Position numbers and translations under genes: made by a program. From Mobula hypostoma (lineage: Eukaryota), in NCBI RefSeq assembly GCF_963921235.1, contig NC_086107.1:100442001-100506000 (forward strand): a stretch of DNA of 64,000 nt, in the 5' to 3' direction. Shown one piece after another: positions 28,801-38,590 of the stretch; within the stretch, counting starts at the first letter, position 1, and each line of letters begins with the position of its first letter. The notes beneath the pieces are model-generated. The model was not told where the DNA came from and searched no databases. It saw only the letters and a list, made by a program, of their open reading frames with translations.

Positions 28801-31800
28801 AATTCAGGAAGTTTAAAAGGGAGCTTGGAAATGTGGTCCTGGTTAATTTGATGACAGCATAGGGAACTGGAAAATGGAGCACTGGTACATTTAAATGAAG
28901 CCCATTCAAGTAACAGGGTATTAATGTGTTTAAAGGGTGCATGGGTGATTGAAGGTTGTCAAAATATTATTTATACCATTGTCTGGTATGAACTAAATAG
29001 TCTTACAGATGACCTTGTTTCTAAACTACTGCTGTGGTTTTAGATTCAGGATGCTGCTTGATCTACTGAATTTGCGCTAGCGTGCAAGAACAACTTAGGA
29101 CAATCCTGCCTTCTCCCCATAGACCTGCAATTTTTTTTTTTTTGCTTTCAAGTACTTTACAGATCATGTTGGAACACTGATTGAATCTACCTGCACAACT
29201 CTCCTCAGCAGCGCATTTCAGATGTTAACCATTCACTGTACGAAAAGATTTATCCTTATGAATACTGTACTTTGATTACAGTTGCAAATCTAAACCATGG
29301 AGTGTCACACTACCATCCACATTTTATCTGAAAAGATGGACCAGAGTACCTGTATTCCAAAAGATGCAAAGCGAGGTGCTGTAAATGAGCAGAAAGAGTA
29401 AGGGGTTCCAATAGTGAAAAAACTAAAAGCTGAAGCATACAAACAAACATAACTTATCACTCTGATGGTACAGCAGCTTTTATCACAAGAAAGATTGAAA
29501 TAGGTAATTTAAGTTAATTAGCAGCTGTGCAGAACTCTGAATAGATTCAATTAAAAGCACTATTTTCTGTTCCAGCCACTAAAAGATACGAGGGGTGATT
29601 GATAAGTTTGTGGCCTAAGGTAGACGGAGTCAATTTTAGAAAACCTAGCACATTTACTTTTCAACATAGTCCCCTCCTACATGTACACACTTAGCCCAGC
29701 GGTCGTGGAGCATACGGATCCCTTCTTTGTAGAAGTGGTCCACAGCGGGGGTGATTGATAAGTTCATGGCCTAAGGTAGAAGCAGATGAGTTATTAACTT
29801 CAAACTTTCTGCATTTTCACTCAAAGAGTTGAACTACACATGCATGTAACGAGAGCGTCTTTGACCTCCAGGTGGTCTACAGCAGGGGTGATCGATAAGT
29901 TCGTGGCATAAGGTAGAAGGAGATGAGTTACACAGCTCTCGTTACATGCACGTGCAGTTCAACTCTTTGAGTGAAAGTGCAGAAAGTTTGAAGCGAACTT
30001 ATCAATCACCCCCGCTGTGGACCACTTTTGGAGGTCCAAAACACCGACTTCTACAAAGAAGGGATCCGTATGCTCCATGACCACTGGACTAAGTGTGTAA
30101 GTGTAGGAAAAATAAATGTGCTAGGTTTTCTAAAATTGATTCCTTCTACCTTAGGCCACGAACTTATCAATTGCCCCTCGTACTAATTCATGCCAATCAA
30201 GACACTGATCTCATTTGGCCCATATCCCACTTAAACTTTCCTTATCCATGTACCTGTCCAAACTAAATGAGTCTTGGTGTGGATGCCCTTCAGGTTATCA
30301 GAATGACCTATGAGGATTAAATGGTGAGTACAGACTGTATTGGCTTATATCCTCATGAATACAGAAGGTAAAGGAGTGATTATATTAAGGTATTGATAAT
30401 GTTCAAAGGTTTCAATTGAGAGGATGAAGAGAACTTCCTCTGATAGGAAATATAATCTTACAGAGAGAAGTAGGCCACTAAATGGAATTATTTTAAGTCC
30501 AATTGAAGAGGGCAGACTATGTCTCATTTTAATGCCTCATCCAAAGATTACAGCTCCAACAGAACAGGATGTCATTAATTCACTGAGGTGTACTTTTAGA
30601 CCATCTGAAATCTTGTGAGGAGGGCTTAACCCTCGAAATTTCAGACTTATTGATGACACCACAATTACTGAACCAAGACTTACACAGGTTAAGAAAGTAA
30701 AGAATCACACTTTTTTTGGCTTTTTACCCTTGAGCCTCAGCGATCATTGAAGTAGAAAACAACTGGATTGAAGCAGAAAACATCTTGATTTTACCTCCAG
30801 TAAAGTCAGGGCCCCAGAATAGTCTCTGATAGCAAGATATTCCTCAAGCTTTGGAATTTTTTTCCCTTTTTTCTTCTTTTTATCAACCTGCAACGTTTCT
30901 CCGCTGACAGCAGGTTTTGCTCGTGAGAGCATCTGGGAAAAAAAATAGGTAATCAATTTAGAGTATTCTTACACTCAATGTTAGCACACTAATATTCACT
31001 TGTAATCATTCCAGATCAATGCTATAATAGCAACCATCACATCAAAGACCCCACCACCCAGGTCATGCTCTCTTCTCCATGGCGCAGAGGCTATGAAGAC
31101 TGCCCCAGCTGCTGTGCTCTGTACCAGCCAATATGATGAACTGATAAGTGAGGCTTTGGGCCTACTCTGGGATTCAGATATAAGGACTCATTTCTGGTTT
31201 GAAACGCTGTTGTTCAATTGTTTGCATGACTTATATATTTTTTGTCTTTCTTTTACGAATCGGTGTCGGCCTTTTATTTTTTATTTTTATTCTCTTTTTC
31301 TTTAAATTAGATTTTTTGGGTTTCTTGCTTTCTGGCTATCTGTAAGCAAACACACCTCAATGTTGTATGATTTATACATTCTTTGATAATAAATGTACTT
31401 GAATCTCGAATCTTGCTGCTGCCATCAAGAAAGGACAGGAGCCTCAGGACTCCACCATGTTCAGGAACAGTTATTTCCCTCAACCACAGGCATCCCACCT
31501 CTCCTGGAAGTTCTGGGAGTCTCCCGCATATTAATAGTGGCTCCCTGATGCCCGCAAGTTATATACAATATCCCAGAAATCAATTTTTTTGAGAGAGAGA
31601 GAGAGAGCAAGAGAACACGCTAGAGAGAGCGAGTGCAAGAGTGACCACGAGAGAGAGACAGAGCGCGTGAGAGAGAGCGAGAGCGCGCTAGAGAGAGCAA
31701 GCGTGAAAGTGACCACGAGAGAGAGAGCGCGCCATGGGAGTGTGTTCCAAAAAAGAAAAATATAAAACGTACATCACCCCAGACTACACTAAAGTGTACC

Positions 31801-34800
31801 CCTGCCTAATAGGGGTCAAAATAATGACAGTGTTGCTCGCTGCACTGTTTGCAACAATGACTTTTCTATTGCCCATGGTGGGTTAAGACTGTAAAAGACA
31901 TGTTGAGGTGAGTTTAACAGGTGTCATTCATTCATTAGCATAGCTAATGTTATTTAAACTAGCTGGCTAGCTGCTAAGGAGCTACTCTATTGCAGACATC
32001 CCACCTCTCCCGGAAGTTCCGGGAGTCTCCCGCAAATTGATGGTGCTACCTCCCTGAAATGAGTTTTTGCAGGGTGGGATGTCTGCAACCATCAGGCTCT
32101 TGAACCAGAGGGGATAACTCACTCGCCCCATCACTGAACTGTTCCCACAACCTATGGTCTTCCAAGGACTCTTCATCTCATGTTCCCAATATTTACTACT
32201 TATTTATTTATACTTCTTTTTTTCTGTATTTGAACAGTTGGATGTCTTTTGCACACTGGTTATTTGTCCATCCTGCTGGATGCAGTCTTTCACTGATTAT
32301 GTTATGGTTCTCAGATTTACTGAGTATGCCCGCAAGAAAACAAATTTCAGTGTTACATATGGTGATATATATGAACTTTGATAATAAATTTACTTTTAAC
32401 TTTGAAATCCTAGCTACCAATGTTCATAGTTATACAGATAACATTCATAATTATACAGCTGAACTCTTTTAAGCAGACCAAGATGCTAATCTTATTCTGC
32501 CCGTATCAATCTAAACTTGCTGCATGTACCTGTTCAAATGCCTTTTAAACATACTTGCCTCCAATGGCGTGCGCACACACATGCGAGCACACACAACATC
32601 TTCTGTTTGACCCTGAAATCCCCTTTAAGTCTTTCCTTTTTCAATTTAAACTAATGCCCTCCAGTTTTAGATTCCCGTACTCCCGGAAAAAGGCTTTATC
32701 TTTATCAGCTTTATCTCTGCCCCTTGCGATTTTATAATGTGAATACTCAACCTCTATTACTCAAGGGAAAACATGTCCAACACACAAGAGGTTCTGCAGA
32801 TGCTGGAAATCTGCAGCAATACACACAAATGTGCTGGAGGAGCACAGCAGGTCAGGCAGCATCTATGGACGGGAATAAACAATTGATGCTTCGGGCCAAG
32901 ACTCTTCATCAGGACATTATATCCAATCCCTCCTTGCAGCTCAAGCCCTCCAGTCCAAGCAGCATTCTTGTGATTTTTTTCAGCACTCACTTCACCCACT
33001 TTCGCCTAATCACATCCTTTCTGTAGCAGAGTGACCAGAATTGCACACAATACCAAGTATGGCCTAACCAAGGACTTGTGCATCTATAACATCACATTGT
33101 AACTCATATAATCAATGCACAGTAACGTAGAACAAACATGTGTATATCATTACTATCACGGACTTTATCAGTAAGTGTGTTGAGAACCGTGTACTAAAGA
33201 GGCCAATTCGAGAGTTCCCAAACCAGAAACCATGGATAAAATGGGAGTTCCAGTCTCCTCTGAAGTTTAGGTCTACAGCATTCAAATCAGGTGACCTTGA
33301 CCTTTACAACAAATCAAGACATGCCTTGCGTAAAGCTATCAGAGATACTGTGGTGAGGCTAACATACTATAAGGGGTTACAAAGCGAAGTCAGGCACATC
33401 CCTTCCCAATGAGCTTAACACATTAGAACATAGAAAACCTACAGCACAATACAGGCCCTTCAGCCCACAAAGCTGTGCTAAACATGCCCTTACCTTAGAA
33501 ATTACCTAGGGTTACCCATAGCCTTCTATTTTTCTAAGCTCCATGTACCTATCCAGGAGTCTCTTAAAAGTTCCTATCGTATTCGCCTCCACCACCGTTG
33601 CTGGCATCCTTTTCCATGCACTCACTCCTCTGTGTAAAAAAACTTACCCCTGACATCTCCCCTGTACCTGCTTCCAAGCACCTTAAAACTATGTCCTCTC
33701 ATGTTAGCCATTTCAACCCTGAGAAAAAGCCTCTGACTATCCACACGATCGATGCCTGTCATCATCCTATACACCTCTATCAGGTCACCTCTCATCCTCC
33801 GTCGCTCCAAGGAGAAAAGGCCAAGTTCACTCAACCTATTCTCATAAGGCATGCTCCCCAATCCAGGCAACATCCTTGTAAATCTCCTCTGCACCCTTTC
33901 TATGGCTTCCACATCCCTCCTGTAGTGAGGCGACCAAAACTGAGCACAGTACTCCAAGTGGGGTCAGACCAGGGTCCTATATAGCTGCAACATTACCTCT
34001 CGACTCCTAAACTCAATCCCATGATTGATGAAGGCCAATGCACCGTATGCCATTCTATGTACATTTTGAACAGAAGGGAATGGGTACTTCGCCACTAATC
34101 CCCACAGTCTCCAGTGCACTTGAATCTGCAGTCATTGTGCCGCAGGCGAGTGTGTGGAAAGTATCAGCCTGGACAGTGTCCTTGGCTAGATCATCTTGCA
34201 GGTGTATTAGCAGACGTTTTTCACCTCTCCCTGCTTTAGGCTGAGGTTCCCTCCTGCTACAAGAAGACCACTATCATTCTGGTACTGAAGGAAAACAAGA
34301 TAATATGCATTGCTACCACCAGTGGCTCTGACATCTACCATCATGAAGTGCTTTGAGAGGCTGGTCATGGCACACATCAGCTCCAGACATCCAGACAACC
34401 CTCACCCACTGTAATTTGCCTACCGCCGAAACAAGTCTAGGGCAGGCACCATCTCCCTGTGCTTCACTCATCTCAGAAGCACCTGGACAGTAAAGAGAAC
34501 TATAACAGACTATTGCTTAGTGACTACTACTCTGCCTTCAATATTATTCTTCCAAGCAAACTCATCACCAAACTCAGGACCCTGGGATACCTTTTCAATA
34601 CCTTCCTCTGCAATGGGATCCTTGACTTCCTGACCAACAGACTGCAATCAGAAAGCATAGGCAGCAACACCTGCGCAATGATTATTCCAAATACTGGTGC
34701 TCCGCAAGGTTGCGTACTCAGCCCCCACTCTATTCCCTGTACACTCATAACAGTGTGGACAGATTCTGCTCTAAATCCATCTACAACTTTGCAGATGATA

Positions 34801-36880
34801 CTCCTGCAACATAGTCAAGTATGACTATGACTATTCTGGGCCCCATCTTAAATAACTAGGAGCTGGAGTACAGGAAGGAGATAGAGAGCTTATTAACAGT
34901 GCGTCATGACAATAACCATTCCTTCAAAGTCAGCAAATCATAACAGCTGGGCACTGACTTCAGAAAGAGGGACAGTGCACATGCTGTCTACATCAATGGT
35001 ATAGATGCTGAGAGCTTCAGGTTCCGAGACCAATAATCTGTCCTGGTCCATCCATGTTGATGTCACAGCCAAGAAAACTCAGCAGCTCCTTCTTCAAGAG
35101 GCTAAAGAAATGTGGCACGTCCCCGTCAATCCTTACAGATTGTTATCGACACACCATAGAAAGCATTCTATCTGGATGCACCACGTGCGGCAACCGCTCT
35201 GCACGTGACCACAAGAAACCGCAGGGAGCTGTGGACACAATTCAGCATATCACAGTTACCAGCCTCCCCCCCCCCCACCCCATGGATGCTGCCTACACTT
35301 CTCACTGCCTTAGTAAAAGCAGAATCAGAATCAGGTTTATTATCACCGGCATTAGATGTGAAATTTGTTAACTTCGCAGCAGCAGTTCATTGCAATACGT
35401 AATATAGAAGAGAAAACAAATAGAAATAATAGATAAGTCAATTACAGTGTACATATATTGAATAAATTAAAAAACATGCAAAAATCAGAAATAATGAATA
35501 TAAAAAAAGTGAGGTAATGTCCAAGGGTTCAAAGTCCATTTAGGAATCTGATAGCAGAGGGGAAGAAGCTGTTCCTGAATCGCTGAGTGTGTGCCTTCAG
35601 GCTTCTGTACCTGGGTGCTGGAGGACCTTAATAATGGATGCTGCCTTTCTGAGACACCACTCCCTGAAGATGTCCTGGGTACTTTGTAGGCTAGTACCCA
35701 AGATGGAGCTGACTAAATTTACAACCCTCTGCAGCTTCTTTCAGTCCTGTGCAGTAGCCTCTCCATACCAGACAGTGATGCAGCCTGTCAGAATGCTCTC
35801 CACGGTCCATCTATAGAAGTTTTTGAGTGTATTTATTGACATGCCAAATCTTTTCAAACTCCTAATGAAGTATAGCAGCTGTCTTGCTTTCTTTATGTTG
35901 GGACCAGGTTAGATCCTCAGAGATCTTGACACCCAGGAGCTTGAAACCAGCATAATCAAAGACCCCACCCGCCCTAGACATTCTCTCTTCTCCCCTCTGA
36001 ATTGATCAGCAGTGATAAATACGGAGTGAACCTGACATCCTAACCATATTGGGTACTAGTGAAACCTCACACATTTTATGCACACTTTTGGTGTCCTTCC
36101 ATAGAAATAAATGCTTTTCCAAACAAAAACTGCTCCAAAAGTGGTGCCTTTCGAGGATATATTGACAGATTAGATCTGTATTTTCCTAGTTTATTAAAGA
36201 TTTCATTGAAACTTCTATAATTTTATAGCGACCCATAGTCAGAATGCAAGGATAATATTGCACATGAATTTTTTTAAATTGCAGACACTGAAAATCTGAA
36301 TTAAAAACAGGAAATTCTGGAAAAACACAGCAAGTTGGGCAGTATCTGTCGAGAGAGTAACACTTCACCTATTACGTCAAAAATAAAAGGTCAAAGACCC
36401 ACCTGAGCTACTAACTGTTGCTATCCCAATGGTAGTTTAAAATTGAAATAAATCTTAATTTGGTAGCCTTTTGATAGCAAAAGGATTGTCAATCTTACCT
36501 GCCTGGGCTTTCCAGAGATAACCATCTAGATCCATAACTTTAAAATCGATTTTCAAGTTCCTTGGATATCCCACACTCCTTTTTATCCATCTTGGTCCCC
36601 TTCCTTGACTCTCTGACGACCAGACACACCTACACTTTCACTTCATTAAATCCCTCAGTTTTCCTCCCTCAGATCCTACTCTCTGACACCCCGATCCCAC
36701 CAGGACTCCAGGGAAACCCCTCACTCTATGTTCTCAGCACACCATGCTCAGTTGCCGCTTTGGCACGATGTCTTTGCGAAAAAATGAATGGAATTCGGCT
36801 GCTGGCGGTCCTTCTCCCGCAATGGGACTAACCGGCAGCTCTGCGAGGTTCCCTGCGTTCGGGTAGGCCCAACTCACCAT
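1777..36880 (-). CDS. ift56: IFT56/TTC26 (intraflagellar transport protein 56, TPR protein), spliced CDS, exons 1-11; 3' part lies outside the window
   Basis: Eleven exons (3+138+93+115+50+146+172+75+103+56+54 = 1005 nt) with GT-AG sites and compatible phases. They translate [12 protein letters not shown]...KIPKLEE...FKRHVGE...[12 protein letters not shown]...[28 protein letters not shown]...[18 protein letters not shown], which I recognise as the N-terminal 335 aa of TTC26/IFT56. Confidence 0.96.
2370..3535 (-). mobile_element. Rex1/Babar-type LINE 3' fragment, degenerate
   Basis: Peptides [28 protein letters not shown] and [26 protein letters not shown] short tandem tail (CAATT)n lies at 2370-2385. 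Confidence 0.75.
3790..4300 (+). mobile_element. Penelope-like element 3' end: GIY-YIG endonuclease remnant plus terminal repeat with hammerhead motif (4202-4237)
   Basis: Decayed CVRCS*CS...G.RF and [27 protein letters not shown], then a pyrimidine tract, then AGTCCTGATGAAGGGTCTCGGCCTGAAATGTCGACT. Confidence 0.8.
6145..6311 (+). mobile_element. Short CR1 3' end
   Basis: Near-identical to parts of 43950-44160, with an internal deletion, and ends in a TTATATGGTTATA tail. Confidence 0.7.
6982..7037 (-). CDS. ift56: IFT56 exon 10
   Basis: atcacag|ATGAT...CCTCAG|gtaagc; (D)[18 protein letters not shown]. Confidence 0.95.
7722..7958. mobile_element. Inverted pair of Penelope terminal repeats (about 95-bp arms)
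   Basis: 7722-7817 is the reverse complement of about 7826-7921. Each arm has a decayed hammerhead motif. Confidence 0.8.
8639..9322 (-). mobile_element. Tigger/pogo-family DNA transposon, internally deleted
   Basis: TIRs CAGGTTGAGTATCCCTTATCC / GGATAAGGGGTACTCAACCTG with TA on both sides. Contains a CENP-B-HTH-like peptide [21 protein letters not shown]...ADHEAAEKF. Confidence 0.85.
9597..9699 (-). CDS. ift56: IFT56 exon 9
   Basis: ctcttcag|GTGGTG...CGACAAG|gtaggt; [34 protein letters not shown]+1 nt. Confidence 0.96.
11324..11398 (-). CDS. ift56: IFT56 exon 8
   Basis: ctcaccag|GCAGAG...AACCTG|gtatgt; [25 protein letters not shown]. Confidence 0.95.
12410..12685 (+). mobile_element. CR1 3' end fragment
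   Basis: AGGACACAGCCTCAGATTAAAAGGATGTCCCTTTAGAACAGAGATGAGGAGGAATTTCTTTAGC, similar to 45940-46247. Confidence 0.65.
13399..13570 (-). CDS. ift56: IFT56 exon 7
   Basis: ttttactag|GGAATTC...GCTGAG|gtaacg; (R)[57 protein letters not shown]. Confidence 0.97.
15243..15882 (-). mobile_element. Unclassified non-coding retroposon of about 640 bp (copy A)
   Basis: Homologous to 44983-45597 and to 49104-54270. The 5' end is GGAGGAGAAGATGGCGG; the 3' end is AATAAA, a GAGGAC/GTCCTC hairpin and an ATCTA-type tail. Confidence 0.75.
17874..18019 (-). CDS. ift56: IFT56 exon 6
   Basis: ttcttccag|TTCAGT...AACCG|gtaact; [48 protein letters not shown]+2 nt. Confidence 0.96.
18252..18331. mobile_element. hAT MITE of about 80 bp
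   Basis: Degenerate CAGGGGTTCCCAA-type TIRs; same family as 41683, 48099 and 62852. Confidence 0.65.
18667..19217 (+). mobile_element. CR1 LINE 3' fragment
   Basis: [30 protein letters not shown]...[19 protein letters not shown], with a TTTCTATGGTTTCTA tail. Close to 38947-39302. Confidence 0.9.
20143..20192 (-). CDS. ift56: IFT56 exon 5
   Basis: tctttcag|CTCCA...CATAAG|gtaaac; (A)[16 protein letters not shown]. Confidence 0.95.
21350..21645 (-). mobile_element. tRNA-derived SINE with V-domain-like core
   Basis: Reverse strand has A/B-box-like head and GGTGCTCCAGTTTCTTCCCACAGTCCAAAGA. Confidence 0.65.
21890..22004 (-). CDS. ift56: IFT56 exon 4
   Basis: gcttaag|GAGTAT...ATGAAAG|gtgagt; [38 protein letters not shown]+1 nt. 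Confidence 0.95.
23410..23605. mobile_element. Degenerate inverted Penelope terminal repeats
   Basis: GCTGGAGGAACTCAGCAAGTCAG ... CTGACTTGCTGAGTTTCTCC, with a decayed AGGGTCTCAGCC motif. Confidence 0.6.
23975..24400 (-). mobile_element. Tc1-like transposon 5' remnant
   Basis: [15 protein letters not shown] resembles a Tc1 paired-like N-terminus. Terminal TACACTTAATGGCCACTTTATTAGGTAC on the minus strand. Confidence 0.6.
25472..25564 (-). CDS. ift56: IFT56 exon 3
   Basis: tcctag|TTCAAA...ATGGAG|gtaagg; [31 protein letters not shown]. Confidence 0.96.
27942..28215 (+). mobile_element. tRNA-derived SINE (V-domain type)
   Basis: A box TAGTGTAGTGG, B box GGTTCAATTCC, core GGGTTTCC...GTGCTCCAGTTTCCTTCCACAGTCCAAAGAC, A-rich tail. 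Relatives at about 42040-42260, 44215-44390 and 61500-61830. Confidence 0.8.
29589..30180. mobile_element. Mariner-derived non-autonomous fold-back element
   Basis: TA|CGAGGGGTGATTGATAAGTT ... AACTTATCAATTGCCCCTCG|TA. Both arms carry a mariner C-terminal peptide [17 protein letters not shown]. Confidence 0.85.
30795..30932 (-). CDS. ift56: IFT56 exon 2
   Basis: tttttttcccag|ATGCTC...CTGGAG|gtaaaa; [46 protein letters not shown]. Confidence 0.96.
31487..32085. mobile_element. Non-autonomous DNA transposon with internal (GA)-rich tract and a second internal copy of its left end at about 31993
   Basis: TIR CAGRCATCCCACC / GGTGGGATGTCTG; CAACCA is duplicated on both flanks. Confidence 0.7.
32780..32915 (-). 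mobile_element. Penelope terminal repeat with decayed hammerhead motif
   Basis: Minus strand GTCCTGATGAAGAGTCTTGGCCCGAAGCATCAAT...GATGCTGCCTGACCTGCTG. Confidence 0.65.
33130..36000 (+). mobile_element. Degenerate Rex1-type LINE carrying two nested insertions
   Basis: [33 protein letters not shown] and [12 protein letters not shown] motifs. Interrupted by a CR1 (33426-34050) and a minus-strand LINE end (about 35320-35945). Confidence 0.75.
33426..34050 (-). mobile_element. CR1 LINE 3' fragment
   Basis: [31 protein letters not shown]...[15 protein letters not shown]; tail AGAACATAGAA on the plus strand. Confidence 0.88.
36878..36880 (-). CDS. ift56: IFT56 coding exon 1 (start ATG only)
   Basis: Minus strand GCTCCGAAAAAATG|GTGAGT: A at -3, perfect donor, within a CpG-rich region. 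It supplies the first M of MMLSR. Confidence 0.85.
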
Positions 36881-36937
36881 TTTTTCGGAGCTATCGCCTG
36901 GGATCCCAGCAAAGAGAAGCTCAACGGCCTGGTCACA

Positions 36938-37750
36938 CCGTCATAGCAACGAAACCCCGCCCCTCAACCAGCCGTCCTGGCAACGAAACCCCGCCCCTCA
37001 ACCAGCCGTCCTGGCAACGAAACCCCGCCCCTCAACCAGCCGTCCTGGCAACGAAACCCCGCCCCTTCAATCCCTGCGCGAGCAACGAAACCCCGCCCTT
37101 CATTCTCTGCGCTAGCAACGAAACCCCGCCCCTTCAATCCCTGCGCTAGCAACGAAACCCCGCCCCTTCAATACCTGCGCTAGCAACGAAACCCCGCCCC
37201 TTCATTCTCTGCGCTAGCAACGAAACCCCGCCCCTTCAATCCCTGCGCTAGCAACGAAACCCCGCCCCTTCATTCTTTGCGCTAGCAACGAAACCCCGCC
37301 CCTTCAATCCCTGCGCTAGCAACGAAACCCCGCCCCTTCAATACCTGCACTAGCAACGAAACCCCGCCCCTTCATTCTCTGCGCTAGCAACGAAACCCCG
37401 CCCCTTCAATCCCTGCGCTAGCAACGAAACCCCGCCCCTTCATTCTCTGCGCTGGCAACGAAACCCCGCCCCTTCAATCCCTGCGCTAGCAACGAAACCC
37501 CGCCCCTTCATTCTCTGCGCTAGCAACGAAACCCCGCCCTTCATTCTCGGCATAGCAACGAAACCCCGCCCCTTCATTCTCTGCGCTAGCAACGAAACCC
37601 CGCCCTTCATTCTCGGCATAGCAACGAAACCCCGCCCCTTCATTCCTTGCCAGCAACGAAACCCCGCCTCCCTTTCCTCCGACCTCCGACCTCCGACTTC
37701 CGTCTGGCAACGAAACCCCGCCTCCCCGTTCTCCCTCCTGGCAACGAAGC
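36938..37750. promoter_or_regulatory. IFT56 promoter minisatellite: about 22 tandem 34-bp units plus 2 degenerate units, each with a GC box and an X-box-like half-site
   Basis: The core GCAACGAAACCCCGCC recurs from 36946 to 37653, mostly at 34-bp spacing, with degenerate copies at 37707 and 37741. On the minus strand each unit reads GGGGCGGGG-TTTC-GTTGCYA. The array begins about 60 bp upstream of the ATG and retains its CpGs. Confidence 0.8.
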
Positions 37751-38590
37751 ATCGCTTCTCCAGCCTTTGCGCTAAGGAAATCCCTAATTCCACATCAGCT
37801 ATTGCGAGAAAGTTCCACCAGTTCCACTTAACATCTTAACTTATTTTTCTCCACAGACGCACAACAGTATTTACAGCATTTTCCTTTCTTTTGTAAACAT
37901 TCAGTTTTTTTTTTTGCTTTTCGATAGTGCAGTTTTAAATATCTTAACCAAAAAAGCTACTTAATATATATCCTGTGTTGATGCGTCTGCCTAGTATGTG
38001 CTGAAGCCTGAGGAGAGGGGCCTTCACCCGTAACAAAGCAGCGCATAATCAAAGAACTGCAGATGTTGGAAATATGATAGGAAAAGACTCGGCAGGTTAG
38101 TTACAGGAAAGAGAAACAAAGTTAATGTTCCAGATTGAAAACCTTTGTCATAAGAATGTCTGCTTACACAATGTACAGTAGTTATAATATATATTTATTG
38201 AAAAGAGGTAATGCCAGCTCCCCCACAACTTTCTTGGGGGTAAGACCAAAAGAATAAGTATGGGCAAGTATTGGATTTTCAGAAAACCTTAGGCAAGGCA
38301 CCACACATAAGGTTGAAACTAAAGCATGAAGAATTTGCAGTAATAAACTGATCTCCCTCCACCACTTACTCAAGGCAGAGCATTCCACATTCTGGCTGCA
38401 ACATTTTTCTTCAGATCCCCTCCGAAGCTCTTCTGCTTTCCCTAAACTTCTCCTCTCAACTTTGAGAAAAGTTTCCTGCTATCTACCATATCAGTACCTC
38501 TCGTCATTTTATAAAGCTCCTTCACGTCATCACTAGGCCTCTTCTATTCCAAGGAAAATGTGACCACAAAGCATCTTCTCTCTCATCATA

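Noticed and set aside
36946..37750. CRISPR-like look (constant 18-bp core with variable intervening sequence)
   Set aside because: The intervening sequences are related to one another and recur, the context is a vertebrate promoter, and there are no cas genes. It is a minisatellite.
36964..37793. Repetitive ORFs on the minus strand (GRGFVA repeats)
   Set aside because: They are by-products of the tandem array, with no splice or homology support.
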